A DNA stretch of 39,394 nucleotides from a virus (lineage: Duplodnaviria > Caudoviricetes): positions 1 through 39,394 of IMG/VR virus record IMGVR_UViG_3300008255_000056. One strand, given 5' to 3'. Below, one piece after another: positions 1 to 8,619 of this stretch. The position numbers were made by a program, and so were the translations under genes. How positions within the stretch are numbered: the stretch's first letter is position 1; the number at the start of each line of letters is the position of its first letter. The notes beneath the pieces are model-generated. The model did not search any database and had not been told where the DNA came from. It saw only the letters and a program-made list of their open reading frames with translations.

Positions 1-123
1 GAGAGGTTCAATTGGTCTCCGTCACAGGAAATAATCTCTCCCATTTCACGCACGAGTGGTTCGTCAGGAATTTTCACCTCAAGGTTGTTGATTTTTTGTC
101 TGGTGTGGTCCACCGCAATTGGA
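1..123. repeat. Terminal direct repeat, left copy (circular overlap)
   Basis: Bases 1-123 are identical to 39272-39394, and the terminase reading frame continues across the junction. Confidence 0.95.
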
Positions 124-2210
124 AGGTTGCCAGAGTCTATCCTGAAAACACTGTCGTATTTGATACCACCCTTACCATCAGGCTGATTACACATTAGGTT
201 TGGGTAGAACCGATTCTCCATTTCATTCGCCACCGCCTCACCTTCTCCTGTTCGGTCAACGATTATCGTGGCGTAGTTGAAGAATTTTCCAGCTCTCTCA
301 AGAAGATTACAGAACATCAGAGCCGTCAAGTCTCCCTCAATTTTAGCCACAATTTCATCCTCATCCTTACAAATTATGTAGGCTAGAGACTTTTCTCCTC
401 GGGTTGCCACCATGAAAAACTCTTCTCGGCTATCAATAAAGTCTTCCTCCTCCTTGACTGGTCTAAAAACTGTCACCAGACTATTGACAGCAAACCTGTG
501 GACTCTTGGGCTGTGGTTCAGAAGCAAAACTCTGTGAGAAGCTCTGACTAATTTGTTCTGCTCAATGATTGTTGTCGTCGGAAAGTAGCCACGAGTGTCT
601 CGGAGTTTGTTATCAAAGTCTCGGAGAACATCAATAGCAAACCAAGAAGCCATGAGAATATCTCCAGCGTGCTGGTCTGGGGTGTAGGTTGCCATTTCGT
701 AGAGAAGTTGCTGAACCTTTTTGAGACTATCTTTGTCGGCTCTCTTGGTAGGAATGACGATTTTGTTTTGTTCCATGAGCATGGAAATCTGAGCGATACC
801 AGTGCTCTCATTGAATTTTTTGAAACCAGAGGTGTGGAATCCTTCAATTGGAATGTTCTCTTCAGCCATTTCCTGTCTCAACATATCCTGAAAGGACACA
901 TTTTCCACACGAATCTTGACTGGCTTATAGTTGTAGTAAGCATCCAAAACTCTCTGCTTGGTTTCCTCGGGAGACCAGCGACCAAAATCCAACCAAAGTA
1001 AGTATCTGTTACGCCTATCATCCATTCCCCAGACCGCAATAGCCGAGTTGTCAGCAGTGCTCTTTTTGGAGATAGCCAAGTCAACACCAATTGCCACCAC
1101 CAAGTGACCATAATCCTTGAAGAAGGGATTTGAATTGTCCCACGAACGGACCAAGGTTTTCATACTTCCATTGGCTGAGGCGGAGTTCAGCATTTTTTCC
1201 TTGAACAATCTCTCTTCTTCACTCCCTGGCTCATTCAGATACTGTCTCATAAAAGCACCCTCGGTCATGTTTTTCTTTTTCTCCATCAGCTTCGTGAAAT
1301 CCCACTTAGCTGTCCAAAGAGTTCCGTTCATCAGGTTTTTGTAGAGCTCATACCGCTTCATTATGTCCTCATCAAACACATCCTGAGCCCGAAGTGCCAG
1401 TGGGAACTCAGTCAGTTTGTATGGAAGATATTTCATCTGCTCCTTGCCTGGTTCAGTCCTCATGTATTTTTCGTTGTAGATGAGAGCTTTCAGTTTTAGG
1501 CGAACATCAAAATTTGATTCCTTCCATAGATAGTCATAAATATCATCCTTATACCAGACTGTTCCAGCCACGATTAGCTGACCATCATCCTCCAAAATTG
1601 GGAGCAAAACATTTTCAAACCATTCTTTGGTTTTGGCACGAGCTTGTTTTGTGCGAGCGGTGTCAAGGTCAATAATATCGTCACAGATAATGATGTCAGC
1701 ACGACGAGAAATTAGTTTTCCTCCGACACCAATAGCCACAAGGGTAGGGTCTTTTTCATTTGATTCTCTTTCCACAATCATCGCACGCTCACCCCACCTC
1801 TTTGGAGTAAAAGGAACTAGCCTCCCAAATTTTTTATGGAGGTCACGATTGTTTTCCAACTGATTCATAATCGCACGATTAAATGACACAGCTATTTCCT
1901 CGTTGGCTGACACAATAATGATGCGGATATTGGGATTTTTGTAGATTCGGTAGAGAGGATAGTCCATTGTGTAGCACTGTGACTTGGCATGGAAACGAGG
2001 GGCTAGGTTCAAGATGTTTTTGTTTATCTTTTTCTGGGTATTCAGGCACATCTTACCTTCTTTGTTTTGGGTGACTTTGTTGTCCAAAATGTCATAGAAA
2101 AGTCTGTGATGCCAGTTGAGAGGCATTTTTTTTGGGAGATACTTTTCCACAAATTCAGAAAGACTGGGAAAACTTTTTGGACGACCTGGCTTTCTTTTGG
2201 GTTCAATCAT
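1..2210 (-). CDS. terL: Terminase large subunit, 5' part; continues through the junction to 39130 (about 783 aa in total)
   Basis: Manual translation from ATG at 2210 stays open to base 1 and joins ORF 39130..39384 in frame. Motifs: Walker A NLAPRFHAKS, Walker B IIICDD, motif III VAGTVW, nuclease GVDLAISKKSTADNS / VENVSFQ / HAGDILMASW. It lies directly upstream of the portal gene. Confidence 0.93.
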   Translation of the reverse strand, partial: MIEPKRKPGRPKSFPSLSEFVEKYLPKKMPLNWHHRLFYDILDNKVTQNKEGKMCLNTQKKINKNILNLAPRFHAKSQCYTMDYPLYRIYKNPNIRIIIVSANEEIAVSFNRAIMNQLENNRDLHKKFGRLVPFTPKRWGERAMIVERESNEKDPTLVAIGVGGKLISRRADIIICDDIIDLDTARTKQARAKTKEWFENVLLPILEDDGQLIVAGTVWYKDDIYDYLWKESNFDVRLKLKALIYNEKYMRTEPGKEQMKYLPYKLTEFPLALRAQDVFDEDIMKRYELYKNLMNGTLWTAKWDFTKLMEKKKNMTEGAFMRQYLNEPGSEEERLFKEKMLNSASANGSMKTLVRSWDNSNPFFKDYGHLVVAIGVDLAISKKSTADNSAIAVWGMDDRRNRYLLWLDFGRWSPEETKQRVLDAYYNYKPVKIRVENVSFQDMLRQEMAEENIPIEGFHTSGFKKFNESTGIAQISMLMEQNKIVIPTKRADKDSLKKVQQLLYEMATYTPDQHAGDILMASWFAIDVLRDFDNKLRDTRGYFPTTTIIEQNKLVRASHRVLLLNHSPRVHRFAVNSLVTVFRPVKEEEDFIDSREEFFMVATRGEKSLAYIICKDEDEIVAKIEGDLTALMFCNLLERAGKFFNYATIIVDRTGEGEAVANEMENRFYPNLMCNQPDGKGGIKYDSVFRIDSGNLPIAVDHTRQKINNLEVKIPDEPLVREMGEIISCDGDQLNL

Positions 2211-2276
2211 AGCTGAAATCAGTATAACAGGAACTTACCAATTGACAAATAATAAATACCAATCTACCATGAAAGT
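2211..2276. promoter_or_regulatory. Divergent sigma70-type promoters for terL and the glycosyltransferase
   Basis: Plus strand: TTGACA(2242)-17-TACCAT-6-ATG(2277). Minus strand: TTGTCA-16-(TG)TATACT-10-ATG(2210). Confidence 0.75.
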
Positions 2277-2960
2277 ATGAGTGAAAAAGTAAAAATCCTA
2301 GTTGTCATTCCAGCCTTAGAGGGTCCGAAAGCCGAAAACTCCGCCTGTCTCGCAACCTATTGGGGTGAGCATAAATATCCATCAGTTATCCACTATGTCA
2401 GTGATACCTATATTCACATGGCTAGAAATCGTGCGATGGTTATGGCGGCTGATTTGAAAGCCACGCACTTGATGTTCATTGACTCTGACATGACTTTCCC
2501 GAAGTGGGGAGTGGACAGGTTGGTTGAGCAAAACAAATTGATTATCGGAGGACTATACTTTGGCAGAAGGACACCACTACCAGTCGTTCTGAAGGTGAAT
2601 GATGAAACAAAGAAATTAGAAATTTACAAAGATGTCCCCCAATACGATGAACCATACGAAACTGATGCTGTCGGAACAGGATTTATGCTTATCAAGACCG
2701 AGGCATTTTCTCACATCCAACCTCCTTTCTTCTCTTACTCTAACCCAAAGGAATTTGAGTTGGTCCCGAATCCATTCCCTGGGAACGAGGTTGGCGAGGA
2801 TGTCTACTTTTGTCTCAAAGCTCGTAAGGCAGGTCTCAAAGTTTGGGTAGACCCGACCATTCCACTAGGGCATGTCGGCAAAAGAATTTACACTCGCACT
2901 GATTATGAGGCGTATCACAAGAATGGTCACGCCGATTTATATACTGAAAAACTTTATTGA
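2277..2960 (+). CDS. Glycosyltransferase, GT-A fold / family 2-like
   Basis: ARN motif, HLMFIDSDM (DxD), GTGFMLI, GEDVYFC and VWVDPTIPLGH are typical of small phage GT2-like proteins. Confidence 0.8.
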   Translation: MSEKVKILVVIPALEGPKAENSACLATYWGEHKYPSVIHYVSDTYIHMARNRAMVMAADLKATHLMFIDSDMTFPKWGVDRLVEQNKLIIGGLYFGRRTPLPVVLKVNDETKKLEIYKDVPQYDEPYETDAVGTGFMLIKTEAFSHIQPPFFSYSNPKEFELVPNPFPGNEVGEDVYFCLKARKAGLKVWVDPTIPLGHVGKRIYTRTDYEAYHKNGHADLYTEKLY

Positions 2961-2963
2961 GAT

Positions 2964-3542
2964 ATGAATTTTTCTGTTGATTGGTGGAGCCAACATATCC
3001 CGAATTGGAAGAAATATGTTTTGCCTCCGCTTTCAGACAGAAAAGAAATTGAAGTCCTAGAGATTGGAGCTTTTGAAGGTCGCTCCACAGTCTGGATTTG
3101 TGAGAATCTAATTCAAAACCGAGGCTCATACCTCACTGTCATTGACACCTTCCAGGGAAGTCCCGAGCATGAAGAGATGGGTGTGTCAACTAAAAATCTA
3201 AAAAGTAAGTTTGAGGAGAACACCAAAAAGTATAAGGAAAAGATTTCTCTGTTTGTCGGCAAGTCCCAAGATATTTTGAAAGAGTCTGGTTTTGACCAGC
3301 CTTGGTATGACCTCATCTACATTGATGGCTCTCATATGGCTCAGGATGTCATGGAGGATGCGGTGCTGAGCTGGAGAGCCTTGAAACACGGAGGAATAAT
3401 GGTCTTTGACGATTATCGATGGGAGGGTGGACATTCAGAAGATGAGAGACCAAAAAAAGGGATTGATGCCTTCTATAAAATTTACGCAAAACACATAAAA
3501 ATTCTGAACCTAGAGTATCAAGCGATTATTCAGCGGATTTAG
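2964..3542 (+). CDS. Class I SAM-dependent methyltransferase (Methyltransf_24-like)
   Basis: VLEIGAFEGRST, DLIYIDGSH and LKHGGIMVFDDY motifs. Confidence 0.85.
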   Translation: MNFSVDWWSQHIPNWKKYVLPPLSDRKEIEVLEIGAFEGRSTVWICENLIQNRGSYLTVIDTFQGSPEHEEMGVSTKNLKSKFEENTKKYKEKISLFVGKSQDILKESGFDQPWYDLIYIDGSHMAQDVMEDAVLSWRALKHGGIMVFDDYRWEGGHSEDERPKKGIDAFYKIYAKHIKILNLEYQAIIQRI

Positions 3543-3831
3543 AATAGCCTTCGTCCTCAGATTTCTTCATCATTGACTCGCCAAATCCCATGCCTTTATC
3601 TTTCATCATTGGTCCGAAGTCGTCTTCCTCTTCCATTCCACCATCTTCAAGCTCTTTGAGAGCCATCTGAAGATGTTCAACTACCATTTTGACTTCAGAA
3701 CCTTGCTTCTCACAAAGGTCAATGGTTTTCTTGATTAGGTCAGCAATTTCCATTTTGTATTTTGAATCTCCACTATTTGGAAGATTGTCTTTACCTTCAG
3801 GTTTGATTTTGATTATCATCATTGGGTCCAT
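3526..3831 (-). CDS. Hypothetical acidic, Met-rich protein
   Basis: 101 aa ORF starting 5 nt after the stop of the upstream structural gene. Confidence 0.6.
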   Translation of the reverse strand: MDPMMIIKIKPEGKDNLPNSGDSKYKMEIADLIKKTIDLCEKQGSEVKMVVEHLQMALKELEDGGMEEEDDFGPMMKDKGMGFGESMMKKSEDEGYSKSAE

Positions 3832-3836
3832 ATTCT

Positions 3837-4514
3837 TTAGACTTCTACATAAACCACATAACCACCGACAGCTACTGCTCCAGACAAATTCAATTGGAGA
3901 GCAATTCCAGAAGCCGTTTCAAAGAGTCCTACTGGACAGAATGGACCAACCTCACCTTTTCCTGCGGCATCCATATAGAGAAGTCCTGTCAAATCAGTCG
4001 TGTCACTCTGGAATTTAGCGTTCACAGCACCATTACAACTTAGTCTGAATGCTAGCACTCTGATTTTTTTATCAGTGACTGCGGCTACGACAGTATTGTC
4101 TCCAGATGAAGAAGCGGCAATTGGGGCGAACTTAGGAGTAAGAGCCACAGCATCATTCATAATTACATCTGTCTGAAGAGCTACTCCCATATTGTCTGTC
4201 AGTCTGTCGGCAACAGGCATGCTATCAACATCAACACTACCAATGTTGTTAGCTCCAGCAGGCAATTCTGGAAGAGCCTTCACATCAACCTCAATACCAT
4301 TGGCTCCAATTACCGCACGAGTGTCGGTAGTTCCGTCTTTCAATTCAACAGCACCGATTTCAATATCACCAGCAGAGATTGTGACTCCAGCAGACAAGAC
4401 AACCTTTAGGTTGCCATCCGCATCAAACTGAAATTCAACAGCATCTCCGTCAGCTGGAGTTGGAGCAGAAGATTGATACCTTCCTCTTATTACTTGGTCG
4501 TTCTTGTTTGCCAT
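3837..4514 (-). CDS. Probable virion structural (decoration/spike-like) protein
   Basis: Rich in Ala/Gly/Val/Asp with a beta-strand pattern and a jelly-roll-like C-terminus; preceded by the virion-gene promoter motif. Confidence 0.6.
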   Translation of the reverse strand: MANKNDQVIRGRYQSSAPTPADGDAVEFQFDADGNLKVVLSAGVTISAGDIEIGAVELKDGTTDTRAVIGANGIEVDVKALPELPAGANNIGSVDVDSMPVADRLTDNMGVALQTDVIMNDAVALTPKFAPIAASSSGDNTVVAAVTDKKIRVLAFRLSCNGAVNAKFQSDTTDLTGLLYMDAAGKGEVGPFCPVGLFETASGIALQLNLSGAVAVGGYVVYVEV

Positions 4515-4555
4515 GAGTTGATTAGATAATTTTTAGTTTTTGATGTCAATGTCAA

Positions 4556-5923
4556 CTACAATGCTTCTCCCCATTCCATTTCAGCTAGGGCATCCACATT
4601 GGTGGTTGTCAGTCTTTGAACTGTGATTGTAATAATGTCTGAAGATGCGTTGTCAGCACTGCGAGAGAGAACCAGCTTACGCACACCTGCCTGCGACTGA
4701 AAACTGTTGGTTGATGTAGCTGGTCCACTGGCAAGAAATGACCTTTTTTGAATTAGCATCCCTGGAGTAAAAGAGGTAGCCGTCCTGTTGTATTCAGCAA
4801 CACTGTTAGTATCAACCGCCACCCAAGTTCCGCCTGTAACTGTTCCATTTAGTCTAACCCTGAAGATACAACTTCCTTTATCTGAGGTAAAGCTAAAAGA
4901 CTTTGGAATAAGCAGAGCTCTGTTTTCTATTGAGTTGAAGGTGGAAGCGAGCCTAAAAGAAATAAGGTGGAGCTCGTTCGCATCAGCGGTTGCAATTACT
5001 GAACTATTTCCCTGAGCAAATTCATTCTCAGGCGGCTCTTCTCCGCCACTAGAAACCACTGAGGAACAGATTTGTTTCATGTCAGTCTGACTGGCTGAGG
5101 TTCCAGTGTTCTCAATCCTATACCTGATTGGTAAGTTTGCGGTTGACATATAAACGGCAGTCTTAGCATTGACATTGTGGAAGGTGTGAACAGCCACAAG
5201 AGCACCAGAAGGTGAGTAGACCCTGAAGTGGGTCTCACCAACACCTAGCCACTGGAAACTAATCTTGAAAATGTTGCCTTTGTTAAAATCTAGTGAGGCT
5301 ATTGAACCACCGTTGAAGCTGGCTTGAGCTACTTTTTCGTCAACAACAGAGCCAGAGGTAGAACTACGCTGGACAACCGAAAACTCAGTGCCATCAAGTT
5401 GAAAAAACAATCCATTGTTGTCGTCAAAATATCCCCACTGCTTCTTTACATTCTCTTTTCCATCTCCAATTACACCAGTGAGGGTGATTTCCCCAGCCTT
5501 ACCTGCTTGATAGCGGTGGTATCTGCGTGAGGTCATCTGTGCGACATCACCAGAAGCGGTGGTGACTCTCAATCTGACACTGGATTCCTGCGGAAGATGA
5601 GTAACTGTGCCACTGCCGACCTCTTTTTTGTCAAAAAGTAATGGTTGTAGTCCGTATTTGAAGATGTAATCGCCAAGCGTGAATGGTTCAGCCATCTCAA
5701 TGCGATTGAAAGCATCCAACTGAGCCATGCCACCATTGTTATCCACCAATTTGATACGCCCAACAGTCTCGTCACCTGGTCCAAGAACCTCAATAAGCCT
5801 ACCATTCGCATCGGTTTGGATTTCAGTCGGCTCACCATCAGAAAAGACAGGAAGTATTGACCTAAAAAACCCTCTCAAGTTAGAAATCCCCATTTTCTTG
5901 GGGTCATATCCGATATTAGACAT
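4556..5923 (-). CDS. Probable virion structural protein with lectin/ConA-like beta domain (start corrected to ATG 5923)
   Basis: SRRYHRYQAGK, WGYFDDNNGLFF and FQWLGVG patterns resemble phage beta-sandwich proteins. The promoter motif sits 6 nt before ATG 5923, not before the TTG at 5938. Confidence 0.6.
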   Translation of the reverse strand: MSNIGYDPKKMGISNLRGFFRSILPVFSDGEPTEIQTDANGRLIEVLGPGDETVGRIKLVDNNGGMAQLDAFNRIEMAEPFTLGDYIFKYGLQPLLFDKKEVGSGTVTHLPQESSVRLRVTTASGDVAQMTSRRYHRYQAGKAGEITLTGVIGDGKENVKKQWGYFDDNNGLFFQLDGTEFSVVQRSSTSGSVVDEKVAQASFNGGSIASLDFNKGNIFKISFQWLGVGETHFRVYSPSGALVAVHTFHNVNAKTAVYMSTANLPIRYRIENTGTSASQTDMKQICSSVVSSGGEEPPENEFAQGNSSVIATADANELHLISFRLASTFNSIENRALLIPKSFSFTSDKGSCIFRVRLNGTVTGGTWVAVDTNSVAEYNRTATSFTPGMLIQKRSFLASGPATSTNSFQSQAGVRKLVLSRSADNASSDIITITVQRLTTTNVDALAEMEWGEAL

Positions 5924-5949
5924 ACCCCAATTAGACAATTTTTACAGCC

Positions 5950-6252
5950 TCAAAACAAGGAGGTCTGCTCTGGAAGCTGTGCGATTTCTTTCTTGGTTTT
6001 CTCCGCAAGTTTTGCGGTAATATTGGGGAAACTGTCACCATCAACCTCAGCTTTTGACCTCATGCTGAGATTATCCACTACAGTCCCAGGACCAGCATCA
6101 ATCACAGGTTTCCATCGTGCGTAGTTTCGGTAGGTATGGACAATATCAGTCTTCGCCCAATCACCATTCTCCATTGTGAAGGTAATCCGTGAGTAAACCG
6201 ACTCTGTTCTACTCATCTTCATTGGTAAAATTTTTAGAACCGTGCCTTTCAT
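5950..6252 (-). CDS. Hypothetical protein (start corrected to MKGTVLK at 6252)
   Basis: The ATG overlaps the stop region of the upstream gene, consistent with translational coupling. Confidence 0.6.
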   Translation of the reverse strand: MKGTVLKILPMKMSRTESVYSRITFTMENGDWAKTDIVHTYRNYARWKPVIDAGPGTVVDNLSMRSKAEVDGDSFPNITAKLAEKTKKEIAQLPEQTSLF

Positions 6253-6479
6253 TTGTCTCTTTTTACTTCTAGTTGATAACATTTTTCGCAAACTGGATAG
6301 CCTAGCCCCATGTGATTGTGAACTTCCTTGGAGGTATACATCACCCCAAATTCTTTGACAGTTCCACACTGAGCACAGGCAACTTTCCTCTTCAGGTCGG
6401 GGTGATACAAGTAGCAACCCTCGGGGAGTTCGTATGGGTCGTAGTCACGCTTTTTATGATTCCACTTTTGTGCTTTCAT
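6249..6479 (-). CDS. Small CxxC...CxxC zinc-binding protein
   Basis: CAQC and CEKC pairs; ATGA overlap with the upstream gene. Confidence 0.6.
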   Translation of the reverse strand: MKAQKWNHKKRDYDPYELPEGCYLYHPDLKRKVACAQCGTVKEFGVMYTSKEVHNHMGLGYPVCEKCYQLEVKRDK

Positions 6480-6688
6480 ATTTTTTGATAGCCGTATTTG
6501 TAAAATTCGTCACGAGTGATTCGGTAAACCTTGTCCGTGACACCAGGAGTAGGAGACAATTGTTGGTCAATTATCTTGACCGCCATCATTTCATCGTTGA
6601 TTCCAGTCACCAGGAGAATAATACTCTTCGTGCCTGACCTACGAATACACTGATTGACTTTTATCTCCTCAAATTCTAGTTTTTTCAT
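6476..6688 (-). CDS. Hypothetical protein
   Basis: Member of a tightly packed operon. Confidence 0.6.
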   Translation of the reverse strand: MKKLEFEEIKVNQCIRRSGTKSIILLVTGINDEMMAVKIIDQQLSPTPGVTDKVYRITRDEFYKYGYQKI

Positions 6689-6692
6689 ATAA

Positions 6693-6911
6693 TTACCAAG
6701 ACTGCCAGGGTGCTAATTTATCCAAAACAATCATCCTGTCTTGGATGTGAGCGTAAAAGAACTTTTTGTGTTCTCCTCTCATCCACTTCCTTAGTCCTTT
6801 TGGCTCTGGTAGTTCGTCAATAAAGGTTTTTTCTTCATCATAAACAAGACAGATGGCTTGCTTACTGGTGGTCATTAGGGGAAGCTGAACTTTGACTATT
6901 ATTTGTTTCAT
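6693..6911 (-). CDS. Hypothetical protein
   Basis: Member of a tightly packed operon, ATGA overlap. Confidence 0.6.
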   Translation of the reverse strand: MKQIIVKVQLPLMTTSKQAICLVYDEEKTFIDELPEPKGLRKWMRGEHKKFFYAHIQDRMIVLDKLAPWQSW

Positions 6912-7219
6912 TTGATTTTGATTACATCATATAATTCAAGCTCTAAAATCTGCTCCAAACTGGCTTTGTTTATCCATCTAACTTGCTCCCAAACCTTACC
7001 AATAATCTTACAGTTGTCTAAAATTTCCTCTTCTGAGGCTTGGTAATAGTTGTTATCTTCAGTCCTAAAATGCCAGGCATAGGGAAATCTAATCTCGAAT
7101 TTTTCTCCTTTTTCCAGATGGACTTTTCTGGGTTTTTTCTTCGCTTCGATATGAAAATTGTTTACTAAAAAGCAATCGGTGACAACCTCGTAAATTTGTG
7201 CTTGGACTATTTTTTCCAT
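6908..7219 (-). CDS. Hypothetical protein
   Basis: First gene after promoter TTGACA-16-TATTAT (minus strand, 7247-7274), with an A-rich leader lacking a Shine-Dalgarno (SD) sequence. Confidence 0.65.
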   Translation of the reverse strand: MEKIVQAQIYEVVTDCFLVNNFHIEAKKKPRKVHLEKGEKFEIRFPYAWHFRTEDNNYYQASEEEILDNCKIIGKVWEQVRWINKASLEQILELELYDVIKIK

Positions 7220-7292
7220 TGTTTAGTTTGACTATTAACTACTTTGATAATAGCACCTTGTAACTAGATGTCAATAGATTTATAATCCAATA
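7220..7292. promoter_or_regulatory. Divergent promoters
   Basis: Plus strand: TTGTAA(7258)-17-TATAAT(7281)-6-ATG(7293). Minus strand: TTGACA-16-(TG)TATTAT. Confidence 0.75.
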
Positions 7293-7841
7293 ATGAGAAT
7301 TAGACCTTCAACTTTTTTCACCTCAGATACCCACTTGGGTCATTTTATGATGACCAAATACCAGGGTAGACTGGATGGTTTTGAAGAAGAAATAATCGCC
7401 GCATGGAACTCAGTAGTCACCAAACATGACACAGTGGTCCACCTTGGAGACCTTGGTTTGACCAACAGGGATAAGCTCAAAGGTTGGTGTAAAAGACTGA
7501 AAGGTAAAAAATTTTTAATACTTGGAAACCACGATTCACAAACTGATGCCTTTTATGCCGACTGTGGTTTTACTGTCATCCCCGATGCTCACGAATCTTT
7601 CAGAGACAAATATGACCACTGGCACGACTTCATTTTTACTCACGAACCAGTATTCACTCTTCCTGACAATTGGTTCAATGTTCATGGACATCTCCACGGC
7701 AACTCTCACCGAGGAGCCATCATAGACGGCTACAGACACTTTGATGTAGGAGTGGATGCTATTGGTTACGCACCAATCAGACTCTCTGAAATCATGGATA
7801 AACTCTACTCTCAACCACAAGAATATATTCAGATATTTTAA
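7293..7841 (+). CDS. Calcineurin-like metallophosphoesterase
   Basis: All family motifs are present: SDTHLGH, HLGD, GNHD, THEP, HGHLH. Confidence 0.9.
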   Translation: MRIRPSTFFTSDTHLGHFMMTKYQGRLDGFEEEIIAAWNSVVTKHDTVVHLGDLGLTNRDKLKGWCKRLKGKKFLILGNHDSQTDAFYADCGFTVIPDAHESFRDKYDHWHDFIFTHEPVFTLPDNWFNVHGHLHGNSHRGAIIDGYRHFDVGVDAIGYAPIRLSEIMDKLYSQPQEYIQIF

Positions 7842-8389
7842 ATGTAAAATGATAAAATATAGTTATCTGGACCACCAGGGGAGACAATCATTGATGAGGT
7901 AATATCCACCAATTGCTCACTCCCAGGGATAAACGAAAGCCCTTCAAAAACGATGAGACAAAAACAGAGCTCCTGACAATGCTTTCTGTCAGCTGGAAAT
8001 AAGTGACACTGTAGAACAGAAACCTTATTCTTAGAAGAAATAGCTTACTGATACTCAGAGAAAAGAGACCAAATATCAGGAACAGGAAACTCAATCCTTT
8101 TAGAACTACTGTATCAAAATTTCCCTCAACTACCTTTCTGACTCATCCTACAGGCTCACATAATCTGAATACAATCATGAAGTATTTATTTTGTGTATAA
8201 AAAAAATAATTAGAGTATCTGAGGAGGTCAAATAGTTTTGGGATTTCAACAAGCTGGGTGCCCGCTGGTCCAGCCCCCCACCCTCGGCGATTCTCACTAT
8301 TGACGGGGGTATGAACTTATGATAGTAGGGGGGTCTAATCCTGAATAGTTATCCCATAGGGGTTGAATCTTCATAACTGTGCCTGAGTA

Positions 8390-8417
8390 TTGTCGCAAAA
8401 GTGATATTGTGCGACGC
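8390..8417. other. dif-like (Xer) recombination site, 11-6-11 layout
   Basis: TTGTCGCAAAA-GTGATA-TTGTGCGACGC. The arms are inverted repeats (8/11), and the left arm and spacer resemble E. coli dif GGTGCGCATAA-TGTATA. Confidence 0.5.
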
Positions 8418-8560
8418 ATCAACACCCCACACAAACCCGAACAATTGTCAATCACTGAACTTGAGAGCGTGCCTGATAATCTTAATCACCTCCCATTCTG
8501 AGCCTAGACAATTACCGCATAAGGTGCGGTTATTACCACGCTCTATCAGCAGACAACAAC

Positions 8561-8584
8561 AAAAAACCCCGATGTTATTCGGGG
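8561..8584 (-). terminator. Rho-independent terminator of the early operon
   Basis: Minus strand CCCCGA-ATAACA-TCGGGG-TTTTTT, about 35 nt after the stop at 8620. Confidence 0.8.
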
Positions 8585-8619
8585 CTTCTTGCTGTAATAC
8601 CTCTAAATCGTTCCGTGGA

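Noticed and set aside
12-1863. Short ORFs listed in the track between 12 and 1863
   Set aside because: They are shadow frames of terL, which the track missed because it runs off the window edge.
2964-3542. DNA methyltransferase / anti-restriction gene
   Set aside because: It lacks the DPPY/NPPY or PC catalytic motifs and matches small-molecule or glycan methyltransferases.
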